NCBI GenBank assembly: GCA_016842065.1
Contig: JAEPDS010000014.1
Coordinates: 12,132 to 76,131, forward strand
From: Candidatus Thiodiazotropha sp. 'RUGA'
GTDB lineage: Bacteria; Pseudomonadota; Gammaproteobacteria; Chromatiales; Chromatiaceae
Direction of reading: 5' to 3'
DNA: 64,000 nt
Of the stretch, positions 55,799 through 64,000 are shown in pieces; the stretch's first letter is position 1; the number at the start of each line of letters is the position of its first letter. The notes under the pieces were generated by a model, which was not told the origin of the DNA, did no database searches, and saw only the letters and a list, made by a program, of their open reading frames with translations. A program made the position numbers and the translations under genes.

Positions 55799-56913
55799 TG
55801 GCTTATGTGGCGATCAAGGGTGGTGCTCAGGCGATCGAGGGGAGCAAACTGGTATATGACTATCTGCGTAGCCGTCAGGCTGAGGATAGTCAGCCTCTGG
55901 ATACGTCTACGATAGAAAACCAGCTGCGGCTTTTGCATAGCCGGGTGATATCTGAGGGAGGTGTCTACCATCCACAGTTGGCATCCCTAGCCATCAAGCA
56001 GGCTCAGGGAGATACCCTGGAAGCAGCCTTCGCACTGCGGGCATACCGATCCACCATGCCGCGTCTTGCGGAGACCGAGGCATTGGATAGCAGTCGTATG
56101 CGGATTACCCGACGCATCTCATCCGCCTTCAAGGATATCCCCGGGGGACAGATGCTGGGCGCCACCACCGACTACCATCTGCGGCTGATGCGCATGGAAC
56201 TGCTCAATGAATCGCCGGAAGCCTTTATGGCAATCTCCAGAAGTTGGTTCGAAGGATGCGATGTTGGACAGATTCCAGATACCTTTCCCAAGGTTCTCGA
56301 CGGACTTCGTCAACAGGGATTGCTGGCGGAAACTCCAGCTCAACCACAACAGGATCAACCCTTCGACATTACCCGCGAGCCGCTGATCTTCCCGGTACCC
56401 CGGTCCGCCGCTCTGGCGACCATGACGCGCAGTGAGCAGGGATCACTGCTGGCACTGGCCTACTCGAATATGCGCGGCTATGGGGATGTCCATCCAACCG
56501 TGGCCGAGTTGCGGGTGGGTTTCGTGCCGGTGATGCTGCCACATCCGATCAGCGGAAAGCCGATGGAGATTGGTGAGGTGGAGATCACCGAATGTGAAGT
56601 GGTGGCCATGTATGAGAGTGATGAGCAGGGGGGCAAGCCGAGTTTCACACTTGGATATGGCGCCTGCTTCGGTCACAACGAAGTGAAAGCGATCAGCATG
56701 GCGATTCTGGATCGTTCCCTGCAAAAGGGAATGCAGGGTACTCCATCCAATCCCTCGGAGGATCCGGAGTTCGTGTTACTGCACATTGACGGCATCGACT
56801 CGATGGGATTCTGCACTCACTACAAAATGCCCCACTACGTGACTTTTCAATCGGACATGGATCGGCTGCGTGCCACCCAAAACAAACATGCCGCTGAGGA
56901 TCAGAATTCATGA
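55798..56913 (+). CDS. phnI: C-P lyase subunit PhnI
   Basis: MAYVAIKGG, QAQGDTLEAAFALRAYRST, RRISSAFKDIPGGQ, HPTVAELRVG and HYKMPHYVTFQS. TGATG coupling with phnH. Confidence 0.96.
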   Translation: MAYVAIKGGAQAIEGSKLVYDYLRSRQAEDSQPLDTSTIENQLRLLHSRVISEGGVYHPQLASLAIKQAQGDTLEAAFALRAYRSTMPRLAETEALDSSRMRITRRISSAFKDIPGGQMLGATTDYHLRLMRMELLNESPEAFMAISRSWFEGCDVGQIPDTFPKVLDGLRQQGLLAETPAQPQQDQPFDITREPLIFPVPRSAALATMTRSEQGSLLALAYSNMRGYGDVHPTVAELRVGFVPVMLPHPISGKPMEIGEVEITECEVVAMYESDEQGGKPSFTLGYGACFGHNEVKAISMAILDRSLQKGMQGTPSNPSEDPEFVLLHIDGIDSMGFCTHYKMPHYVTFQSDMDRLRATQNKHAAEDQNS

Positions 56914-57797
56914 ATCAGGAGCACTTTGGTTTTCTCGATGAGTACGCCAAGAAGGAGGTGCGGCGTGCAACCCTCAAGGCCGTGGCGATCCCCGGTTATC
57001 AGGTACCTTACTCAAGCCGTGAGATGCCGATGGGTCGAGGCTTCGGTACGGGTGGTCTGCAGCTCACCCTGGCGCTGATCGGACGGGGTGAGACCTTGAA
57101 GGTGATCGACCAGGGTTCCGATGACTCGGTGAACGCAGTCAATCTGCGCAGTTTCATTGAGATGACCTGTCCAGGTATCCATACAACAATCAGAACCGAA
57201 CAGGCGGATCTGATCCAGTCACGTCACCGGATCCCTGAAAAACCTCTTCGAGAGGATCAGCTGCTGGTTCTGCAGGTCCCTTATCCGGATGCTCTGGTGG
57301 TTGTGGAGGCCTCTGAGGACCGGCGCAAACTGCTGCATGGTGAGGCTGATTACTCCCGGCTGCTGGTCAAACTCTATGAAGATATCGTCAAGTTCAGTGA
57401 GATCACCATATCCCACCGCTACCCAACCCGCATCAATGGCCACTATGTGATCGACCCTTCACCCATTCCCCGATGGGATGTGCCCAAATTGCATAATTCG
57501 CCTGCCTTGATTCTGCTGGGAGCCGGCCGGGAGAAAAAGATCTACGCGGTACCACCCTATACCCAGGCCGAACCACTGGCTTTTGAGGACGTGCCGTTCC
57601 GGGTGGAGGATTTCAGTGACGAGCATGGGCAGCGCAGAAGTTGTGTGCGCTGTGGTTGCAACAGCAGCTTCCTGGACGAGTATGTGGACTCCGCCACCGG
57701 CGAACAGGTCTACCGCTGTTCGGACTCGGACTGGTGCAATCAGCAGCTAGAGCAGCAGCAAGGGGTGGAGCAAGCCGTGGAGGTGGCCAATGGATGA
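56910..57797 (+). CDS. phnJ: C-P lyase radical SAM subunit PhnJ
   Basis: AIPGYQVPY.SREMP, DQGSDDSVNA, and C-x2-C-x21-C followed by SDSDWC. Confidence 0.97.
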   Translation: MNQEHFGFLDEYAKKEVRRATLKAVAIPGYQVPYSSREMPMGRGFGTGGLQLTLALIGRGETLKVIDQGSDDSVNAVNLRSFIEMTCPGIHTTIRTEQADLIQSRHRIPEKPLREDQLLVLQVPYPDALVVVEASEDRRKLLHGEADYSRLLVKLYEDIVKFSEITISHRYPTRINGHYVIDPSPIPRWDVPKLHNSPALILLGAGREKKIYAVPPYTQAEPLAFEDVPFRVEDFSDEHGQRRSCVRCGCNSSFLDEYVDSATGEQVYRCSDSDWCNQQLEQQQGVEQAVEVANG

Positions 57798-58620
57798 GGT
57801 GCTCAGTGTTCGTGGGCTCTCAAAGCGATATGGGCAAGGTTGTCCGGCATGCTATGAGCTGACCGGTCCCCGTTTCGAGACGAATCTCTGCCCCAGGTGT
57901 GGCAGTGTGGTGGCTGCTCATGATGTCTCGTTCAGTCTCTATCAGGGAGAGATTCTCGGCATTATGGGTGAATCGGGATCAGGTAAGTCCACCGCCGTGA
58001 AATGTCTCTATTTCGATGAACCACCGAGTGCAGGCAGTGCAGAGTTTTTCGACCAGGGAGAGGCTTACCAGCTGTTTGATCTCAATAATGCACAGCAACG
58101 GCGTCTGGCCAATCAACGTTTTGGCATGGTCTACCAAAATCCCCATCTGGGATTGAATTTTGATATCTCGGCAGGTGGCAATATCGCCGAACGTCTGCTC
58201 ATGTCCAACGTGGACAACTATGCACAGATCCGTCAACGAGCGATCAGTCTGCTCTCCCGTACCGAGGTGTTGGCAGAACGAATGGACGAGATGCCGCGTA
58301 ACTTTTCGGGGGGGATGCAGCAGCGGGTTCAGATTGCCAAGGCTCTGGCCACCAATCCGCCACTGCTGTTTCTCGATGAGGTCACCACCGGACTGGATCT
58401 CTCGGTTCAGGCAGCAATCCTCGATCTGATTCTGGAGATCCAGCAGCAGTCCCGTACCTCGATGATTGTGGTGACCCATGATCTGGGGGTGATTCGTCTA
58501 CTGGCGGACCGAACCCTGGTGATGAAGTACGGGCGTGTCATCGAAAGCGGACTCACAGACCAGATCCTCGAGGATCCACAACACGCCTATACGCAACGTC
58601 TTGTTGCCTCAGCCCTGTAA
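57790..58620 (+). CDS. phnK: C-P lyase ATPase PhnK
   Basis: GESGSGKS, FSGGMQQRVQIAKAL, DEVTTGLDLSVQA and DPQHAYTQRLV. Confidence 0.95.
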   Translation: MDEVLSVRGLSKRYGQGCPACYELTGPRFETNLCPRCGSVVAAHDVSFSLYQGEILGIMGESGSGKSTAVKCLYFDEPPSAGSAEFFDQGEAYQLFDLNNAQQRRLANQRFGMVYQNPHLGLNFDISAGGNIAERLLMSNVDNYAQIRQRAISLLSRTEVLAERMDEMPRNFSGGMQQRVQIAKALATNPPLLFLDEVTTGLDLSVQAAILDLILEIQQQSRTSMIVVTHDLGVIRLLADRTLVMKYGRVIESGLTDQILEDPQHAYTQRLVASAL

Positions 58621-58631
58621 GGAATCGATCA

Positions 58632-59357
58632 ATGAAGCAGCAGTTGGTTCTGTCTGTTGAAGGTTACAGCAAAGCGTTTTCCCTGCATGAACAGGGGACT
58701 GTGATCCCCTCTGCCAAGGATGTGAATCTGCAGGTTTACAGCGCCAGTCTCACCGCTCTGGTGGGCCCAACGGGAGCCGGAAAGTCGAGCATCTTAAAGG
58801 GCATATACCGCACCTATCTGGCAACCTCGGGACAGCTTTTTTACACCATGCAGTCAGGTAAACGGGTGGATCTGGTGCAGGCGGATGAACACACGATCCT
58901 GACACTGCGACGTAACGAAATTGGTTTTGTTACCCAGTTTCTCCACTTTCTGCCCCGTCAACCTACCGAACTGGTGGTGGCCCAGCCATTGATCCAGCGG
59001 GGGCGTCCTGTGGAAGAGGCGCTGGCCGTGGCGCGGGATATGTTGGCTGCCATGAACCTGCCGCGACGCTTGTGGAGCATCTCTCCTGCCACGTTCTCAG
59101 GTGGAGAGAAGCAGCGGGTCAATCTGGCCCGTGGGCTGGTGGCCAAGCCACGCTTGCTGCTGCTCGATGAACCAACCGCCAGTCTTGATCCGATTACCTG
59201 CGAACGGGTGTTAAGACAGATTGAGGAGTTGAAAAAGGAGGGAATCGCCATGCTTGCCATCTTCCACCAGCCTGAGCTGGTCAAACGTATCGCCGATCGT
59301 GTAGTGGAACTTGAACCACCGTTGAATGGGCAAACACAACTTGAGGATATCGCCTGA
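58632..59357 (+). CDS. phnL: C-P lyase ATPase PhnL
   Basis: GPTGAGKSS, PATFSGGEKQRVNLAR and LLDEPTASLD. Confidence 0.95.
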   Translation: MKQQLVLSVEGYSKAFSLHEQGTVIPSAKDVNLQVYSASLTALVGPTGAGKSSILKGIYRTYLATSGQLFYTMQSGKRVDLVQADEHTILTLRRNEIGFVTQFLHFLPRQPTELVVAQPLIQRGRPVEEALAVARDMLAAMNLPRRLWSISPATFSGGEKQRVNLARGLVAKPRLLLLDEPTASLDPITCERVLRQIEELKKEGIAMLAIFHQPELVKRIADRVVELEPPLNGQTQLEDIA

Positions 59358-60508
59358 TGAAGACCTATCTGACCCACGCCCGCATCGTACTTGCTGATGA
59401 GGTACTCGACGATGCTTCTCTGTTGATGGAGGAGGGTGTCATTACCGGGATCAATCCCCTCTCCTGTGGTGATGCAATGGAGATCGATCTGCAGGGGGAG
59501 TTGCTGATGCCCGGAATGATCGACCTGCATTGCGACGCCCTGGAGAAGGAGGTTGAGCCCAGACCCAATGTCCATTTTCCATTGGATTTCGCTTGCGCCC
59601 AGGCGGATAAACGCAATGCCTCCGCCGGTATTACCACAGTCTATCATGCCCTATCGTTCGCCAATGACGAGCTGGGTGTACGCAACAACGGTTTCGCTGC
59701 CGAAGTGGCCAGAGCGGTACACGATTGGCGTCCCCATGGACTGGTCGATAATCGGGTGCATTGTCGCTATGAGATTACCGATGAGAGCGGACTGCCGATT
59801 CTTCAGCAGCTGCTGGCGGACGATGCCATGCACATGGTCTCGATGATGGATCACACACCGGGACAGGGTCAATTCAAGGACATGGCTGCCTATCGTGACT
59901 ACCTGACCCGCACTTACAAAAAAACCGCAGATGAAGTGGAAGTAATCGTGGAGCGTAAGCTGGCGGCCGCCAGCGGTGCCTTTGCGCGGATGCAGACCCT
60001 GGCAGAGGCTGCCCACAGTGCCGGTATCTCCGTGGCCAGCCATGATGACGACTCGACAGAACGTGTGGATACCATGCTCGGCATAGGCGCCGATATCTCC
60101 GAGTTTCCGATCAATATGGTAGCTGCTGCGGCCGCCAAGACCGCCGGCATGTCCACCATTTTCGGTGCACCGAATATCATTCGCGGTAAGAGCCAATCCG
60201 GTTCCATGCGGGCAATCGATGCAATTCATGAGGGGCTGGCCGACTGTCTTTGTGCGGACTATGCGCCGGCCACCCTGATTGTGGCCGTAATGCGTATTCC
60301 ACAGATGTCAGATCTCAGCCTGCCCGAGGCGATACGCCTGGTAACCGTGAATCCGGCGAAAGCCGCACAACTTCATGACCGGGGTATGATTGAAGCGGGT
60401 AAGCGTGCTGATCTGATAGCGGTGGGAGAGCCGGGTGGTGTACCCCAGGTAACCGATTGCTGGGTGCACGGCAAGCTGGCCTACCGGGCGCGCTACGATC
60501 ATGGCTGA
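59357..60508 (+). CDS. phnM: Alpha-D-ribose 1-methylphosphonate 5-triphosphate diphosphatase
   Basis: PGMIDLHCDALEK, SMMDHTPGQGQF, ASHDD, SEFP and GAPNIIRG.SQSG. Confidence 0.96.
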   Translation: MKTYLTHARIVLADEVLDDASLLMEEGVITGINPLSCGDAMEIDLQGELLMPGMIDLHCDALEKEVEPRPNVHFPLDFACAQADKRNASAGITTVYHALSFANDELGVRNNGFAAEVARAVHDWRPHGLVDNRVHCRYEITDESGLPILQQLLADDAMHMVSMMDHTPGQGQFKDMAAYRDYLTRTYKKTADEVEVIVERKLAAASGAFARMQTLAEAAHSAGISVASHDDDSTERVDTMLGIGADISEFPINMVAAAAAKTAGMSTIFGAPNIIRGKSQSGSMRAIDAIHEGLADCLCADYAPATLIVAVMRIPQMSDLSLPEAIRLVTVNPAKAAQLHDRGMIEAGKRADLIAVGEPGGVPQVTDCWVHGKLAYRARYDHG

Positions 60509-61067
60509 ACTGTTCTACATCATCGGCGCATCGGGTGTCGGTAAGGACAGTCTGATCAATTATCTGCGACAGCATCTTCAACCCGGGGCGCCGGTGGCAA
60601 TCGCCCATCGCTATATCACACGGCCATTCGATGCGAATGGTGAGAACCACATTGAACTGAGTGAGATAGAGTTTGCCAATCGTATGTATTGGGGGTGTTT
60701 TGCACTCGAGTGGTACAGCCATAGAACCTGGTATGGTATCGGTATTGAAATCGATCAGTGGCTATCGAGCGGGTTGAGTGTTGTGGTCAATGGTTCACGT
60801 GCCTATCTTGCTGAAGCATATCATCTCTATCCCGATCTCATACCAGTGTTGATTACTTCGGATTATGATCAGTTGCGTGAGCGCTTGCTCAATCGGGGTC
60901 GGGAGAGCACAGAACAGATCGAACAACGACTTGAGACAGCCCGGTTACTCGATCAGCAACTTCAACATCCCCAGTTGCAGCGAATCTCCAACAATGGCCC
61001 CATCGAACTGGCGGGTGAACAGCTGTTGAAACTGGTGCAAAGGAAGGAGTCCAGGACATGCGCCTGA
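60501..61067 (+). CDS. phnN: Ribose 1,5-bisphosphokinase
   Basis: IGASGVGKDSL, RYITR, WYGIG, VVVNGSRAYL and RGRES.EQI..RL. Confidence 0.95.
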   Translation: MAELFYIIGASGVGKDSLINYLRQHLQPGAPVAIAHRYITRPFDANGENHIELSEIEFANRMYWGCFALEWYSHRTWYGIGIEIDQWLSSGLSVVVNGSRAYLAEAYHLYPDLIPVLITSDYDQLRERLLNRGRESTEQIEQRLETARLLDQQLQHPQLQRISNNGPIELAGEQLLKLVQRKESRTCA

Positions 61068-61813
61068 AGCTGCTTGGTAGTGGCAACGCGGCCGGTATGC
61101 CACTCTATGGATGTGGTTGCGAGGTTTGTAGTGTAGCCAGTGCTGACCGCCAGTTGCAGCGCACACCTTGCAGTGCTCAGCTCGAAATTGATGGCGGTAC
61201 CTATCTGCTGGACGCAGGGCAGATGAATCTGACTCAACGGTTCCCGGCTGGAAGCTTGGGTGGGATATTGTTAACCCACTTCCATGTCGACCATGTACAG
61301 GGTCTGTTTCATCTGCGTTGGGGGGTTGGTCAGGAAATTCCGGTCTATTGCCCTGAGGATGAGGAAGGTTGTGCCGATCTCTATAAGCATCCGGGAATCC
61401 TGCGTTTCCATTCAAAGCAAGCCTATGTTCCGTTTGTCTTGGAGGGGGTGCAGGTGACACCTCTGTCACTCAATCACTCGAAGCCAACTCTCGGTTATCT
61501 GATTACATCGCAGAATGAGCAAATTGCCTATCTGACCGACACCAAAGGCTTGCCAGCAAAAACGGCTGAACTGCTAGGTAGGCAGAAGCTCGATCTGATG
61601 GTGATCGACTGCAGTCTGATGCCCGGCTGTGACCACCCTGGTCATAACAATCTGGATGATGCGTTGGTTCTGCATAAAACCATAAGACCAAGACGGAGCG
61701 TTCTGACCCACATTGGTCATGATCTGGATATCTGGTTGAAGGCGAATCCCCAGGCACTGCCGGATGATCTATCGGTGGGACATGACGAACAGCTTGTCTA
61801 CCCCTTTGAGTGA
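61058..61813 (+). CDS. phnP: 5-phospho-ribose 1,2-cyclic phosphate phosphodiesterase
   Basis: PLYGCGC..C, LLTHFHVDHVQGL, LNHSKPT.GY, YLTDT and LTHIGH. Confidence 0.96.
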   Translation: MRLKLLGSGNAAGMPLYGCGCEVCSVASADRQLQRTPCSAQLEIDGGTYLLDAGQMNLTQRFPAGSLGGILLTHFHVDHVQGLFHLRWGVGQEIPVYCPEDEEGCADLYKHPGILRFHSKQAYVPFVLEGVQVTPLSLNHSKPTLGYLITSQNEQIAYLTDTKGLPAKTAELLGRQKLDLMVIDCSLMPGCDHPGHNNLDDALVLHKTIRPRRSVLTHIGHDLDIWLKANPQALPDDLSVGHDEQLVYPFE

Positions 61814-62670
61814 CCATGCATAATGCCTATCTGATGATTGGCGCTTCGGTGCTGATGCATGTGGCCTGGAACCTGCTGGCCCGTCACGTGGATTCCAGGG
61901 CCAACTATCTCTGGTGGGGACTGTTGGCGCATCTGCTGTTACTTGGCCCCTGGGCGCTGTGGAATCTTCTGCTTAATGCCGACTGGAATCAAACACTGCT
62001 ATTGGCGATGGTAGTCACGGCACTCTCCAACACCCTCTATTTCATTGCACTCAGACGTGCCTACCATTATGCACCGGTTGCCCTGGTCTACCCATTGGCT
62101 CGAAGTTCACCGCTTCTGATTGTTGTCTGGTCATGGCTTTTCTTTGCCGATGATCTGTCTATGTGGGAAGCTTCAGCGATCGGTATCAGTGTGTTTGGTT
62201 TGTGGATACTATCCGCTTCCTCGGGAGATGGTGATACCAGACACGCGCTGCCATGGACACTGCTTGCCGCTTTCTGCACCAGTCTTTACTCATTGAGCGA
62301 CAAACTGGCGGTAGCTTATCTGCCAGGATTTACCGAGCAACTCGGTTTTATAACAGTCGGTTATGCCGCGTCTTTCTTTGGCCTGACACTGATGCAAAGA
62401 AAACAGACCGGCAGTTGGATACCTCCGGTAAGACCCAGCTGGCCACAGATAATGGTTGGGGGGTTATGTATCGGCGTTGCCTATGCTCTGGTGGTGGGAG
62501 CTATGCGTGAACTGCCGGCAGCTCATGCGGTTGCTTTCACCAATGGGGGTATTGTTTTGGCAGTGCTGCTCTCTGTTTTCCTGTTTCATGAAAAAGCCCA
62601 TTGGCGGCAACGTTTAGCCGGAGCGAGCGTGGTCAGCGCCGGTTTGCTCCTGTTGGGATGGGTGAGGTGA
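61810..62670 (+). CDS. EamA/DMT-family membrane protein associated with phosphonate utilisation
   Basis: H.AWNLLAR, AYHYAPVALVYPLARSSP and YSLSDK; about 10 TMs; overlaps the phnP stop. Confidence 0.88.
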   Translation: MTMHNAYLMIGASVLMHVAWNLLARHVDSRANYLWWGLLAHLLLLGPWALWNLLLNADWNQTLLLAMVVTALSNTLYFIALRRAYHYAPVALVYPLARSSPLLIVVWSWLFFADDLSMWEASAIGISVFGLWILSASSGDGDTRHALPWTLLAAFCTSLYSLSDKLAVAYLPGFTEQLGFITVGYAASFFGLTLMQRKQTGSWIPPVRPSWPQIMVGGLCIGVAYALVVGAMRELPAAHAVAFTNGGIVLAVLLSVFLFHEKAHWRQRLAGASVVSAGLLLLGWVR

Positions 62671-62691
62671 AGTGACAATAATGGGATTTTA

Positions 62692-64000
62692 CTAATGCAG
62701 CCTGGACAGCCAGGCGCTAGTCGTCGCCTGGGTCATCTGCAAAACTTCTCCAGGAAACAGACCGAACATAAGCACCAGCAGGGAGAACACCAGCATGGTG
62801 ATCAGTTCTCTGGGTTTCAGATCCTGAGCGATACGAACCTGACTGTCGGTAATCGGTCCGTAAAAACTCTGTCGATAGCTGTTGAGCAGATAGCCGGCTC
62901 CGACAATGATGCCGAACAGGGCTGCCAACCCTGCACCCGTATGGGTGGTCAGGGCGCTGATGAGGATCAGAAACTCAGCAGGGAATCCACTGGTACCGGG
63001 TATCCCCAGTGAGGCGAGACCGAGAAACATAAAGAAGGCGGCCAGCAGCGGCATGGATTGGGCCGCACCGCCGAGATGAATCAGATCGGTAGAGCCCAGG
63101 CGGTGGTGCAGATAACCGGTGAGCAGAAACAGTCCGCCGGCAATCAGAACAAAGTTATAGAGCTGAAACATCGCACCCTGCAGCCCTTGCTGGTTGAAGG
63201 CGGCAACACCCAACACCACCAGACCGACATGGCTCATCGAAGCGTAGGCGAGCATACGCCGCAGATTGGTCTGGTTGAGTGCAGCCAGAGCGCCATACAG
63301 TATCCCCACCACGCCAAGCCCGGCCAGCAACCAGTGCAACTCCTGGGCTGCATTGGGTGCCAGGGGGATGGCGAAACGGATCAGTCCGTAGGCACCGAGT
63401 TTCAAACCGACCAGCAGTGCGGCAATCGGCACCGGCCCCTCCAGGGCTACGATCGGCAGCCAGGTGTGGAGTGGGAACAGTGGGGTCTTGATGGCAAAAC
63501 CGATCAGCAGGAAAGCAAAGACGATGGTCTCCATGCCTGGGGGGAGGCGGGTGTCGAGCAGGGTCAGATAGTCGAATGATAGCCCGGCCGGGGGCGTCGC
63601 ACCGATGATCTCAGCATGGTTGATCGCCAGTACCGTGAAAGCCAGCAACAGGGGGATTCCGCCTGCCAGCATGAACAGAGTGTACTTGGTGGCGGCGTAG
63701 CGCCTGTGTGGTCCAATACCCCATAGGCTGATGAGAAAATAGAGCGGCGCCAGGGTGAGTTCCCAAAACAGGAAAAAGGCCAGGGTATCGATACTGATAA
63801 ACACTCCCAGAGTGGCAGTGGCGAACATCAGCAGCAGGCTGTAATAGATACGCGGCATGTTCTGGATCCGCTTCCATGAAGCCAGCGTGACAGCGATAAA
63901 CAGCAAGATCGTGAGCGGCAGAAAGGGGGCTGAGAAGCCATCGATGCCGAATCTGAAATGGGCATCCAGCGCCGGTATCCAGGGGTAGGTCTCCAACATC
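62692..64000 (-). CDS. NuoM/ND4-family proton-translocating subunit, 5' end outside the window
   Basis: GIDGFS, LAFFLFWE, IKTPLFPLHTWLP, LKLGAYG, RRMLAYASMSH and GIPGTSGFPAEF. Confidence 0.9.
   Translation of the reverse strand, partial: MLETYPWIPALDAHFRFGIDGFSAPFLPLTILLFIAVTLASWKRIQNMPRIYYSLLLMFATATLGVFISIDTLAFFLFWELTLAPLYFLISLWGIGPHRRYAATKYTLFMLAGGIPLLLAFTVLAINHAEIIGATPPAGLSFDYLTLLDTRLPPGMETIVFAFLLIGFAIKTPLFPLHTWLPIVALEGPVPIAALLVGLKLGAYGLIRFAIPLAPNAAQELHWLLAGLGVVGILYGALAALNQTNLRRMLAYASMSHVGLVVLGVAAFNQQGLQGAMFQLYNFVLIAGGLFLLTGYLHHRLGSTDLIHLGGAAQSMPLLAAFFMFLGLASLGIPGTSGFPAEFLILISALTTHTGAGLAALFGIIVGAGYLLNSYRQSFYGPITDSQVRIAQDLKPRELITMLVFSLLVLMFGLFPGEVLQMTQATTSAWLSRLH

Noticed and set aside
1-64000. 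rRNA, tRNA, CRISPR array, integrase or transposase
   Set aside because: No such motifs and no regularly spaced repeat-spacer array were seen. The GGGCCTGTTAACA repeats are inverted, irregularly placed and kilobases apart.
62692-64000. Respiratory complex I (nuo) operon
   Set aside because: No nuoN follows the gene, so it was left as NuoM-like without a symbol. The upstream context is outside the window.

Overview
Gammaproteobacterial chromosomal segment of roughly mid-50s % GC by eye. Gene content suggests a Chromatiales/Sedimenticola/Ca. Thiodiazotropha-like sulfur oxidiser (inference only). No rRNA, tRNA, CRISPR array or transposase was found. From left to right: pepA-holC; a low-GC patch holding an orphan periplasmic binding protein and a HAMP-PAS-GGDEF-EAL sensor; a class III adenylate cyclase coupled to a TPR lipoprotein; a ~14 kb co-oriented cluster rnfB - giant 1645-aa pyruvate:ferredoxin oxidoreductase with a tethered C-terminal ferredoxin - rnfCDGEA - 65-aa Cys-rich membrane protein - ppsA - ppsR; a Zn-lid adk; a hemerythrin-PAS-GGDEF-EAL-CZB sensor; the glyoxylate shunt aceK/aceB/aceA plus rraA; an ars cassette with an internally deleted arsC; a secreted PLA2-like gene with a lipoprotein and a secreted alpha/beta hydrolase; ppnN; mdh; a CsoSCA-like carbonic anhydrase with no carboxysome genes in the window; a complete C-P lyase operon phnFDCEGHIJKLMNP; and a truncated NuoM-like gene. 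A family of TA-flanked MITE-like inverted-repeat elements occurs four times at different stages of decay. The strongest candidate for an under-described system is the Rnf-PFOR-PEP synthase module with its small putative Fe/Fe-S maturation protein. Product names come from motif recognition only; no database search was run.
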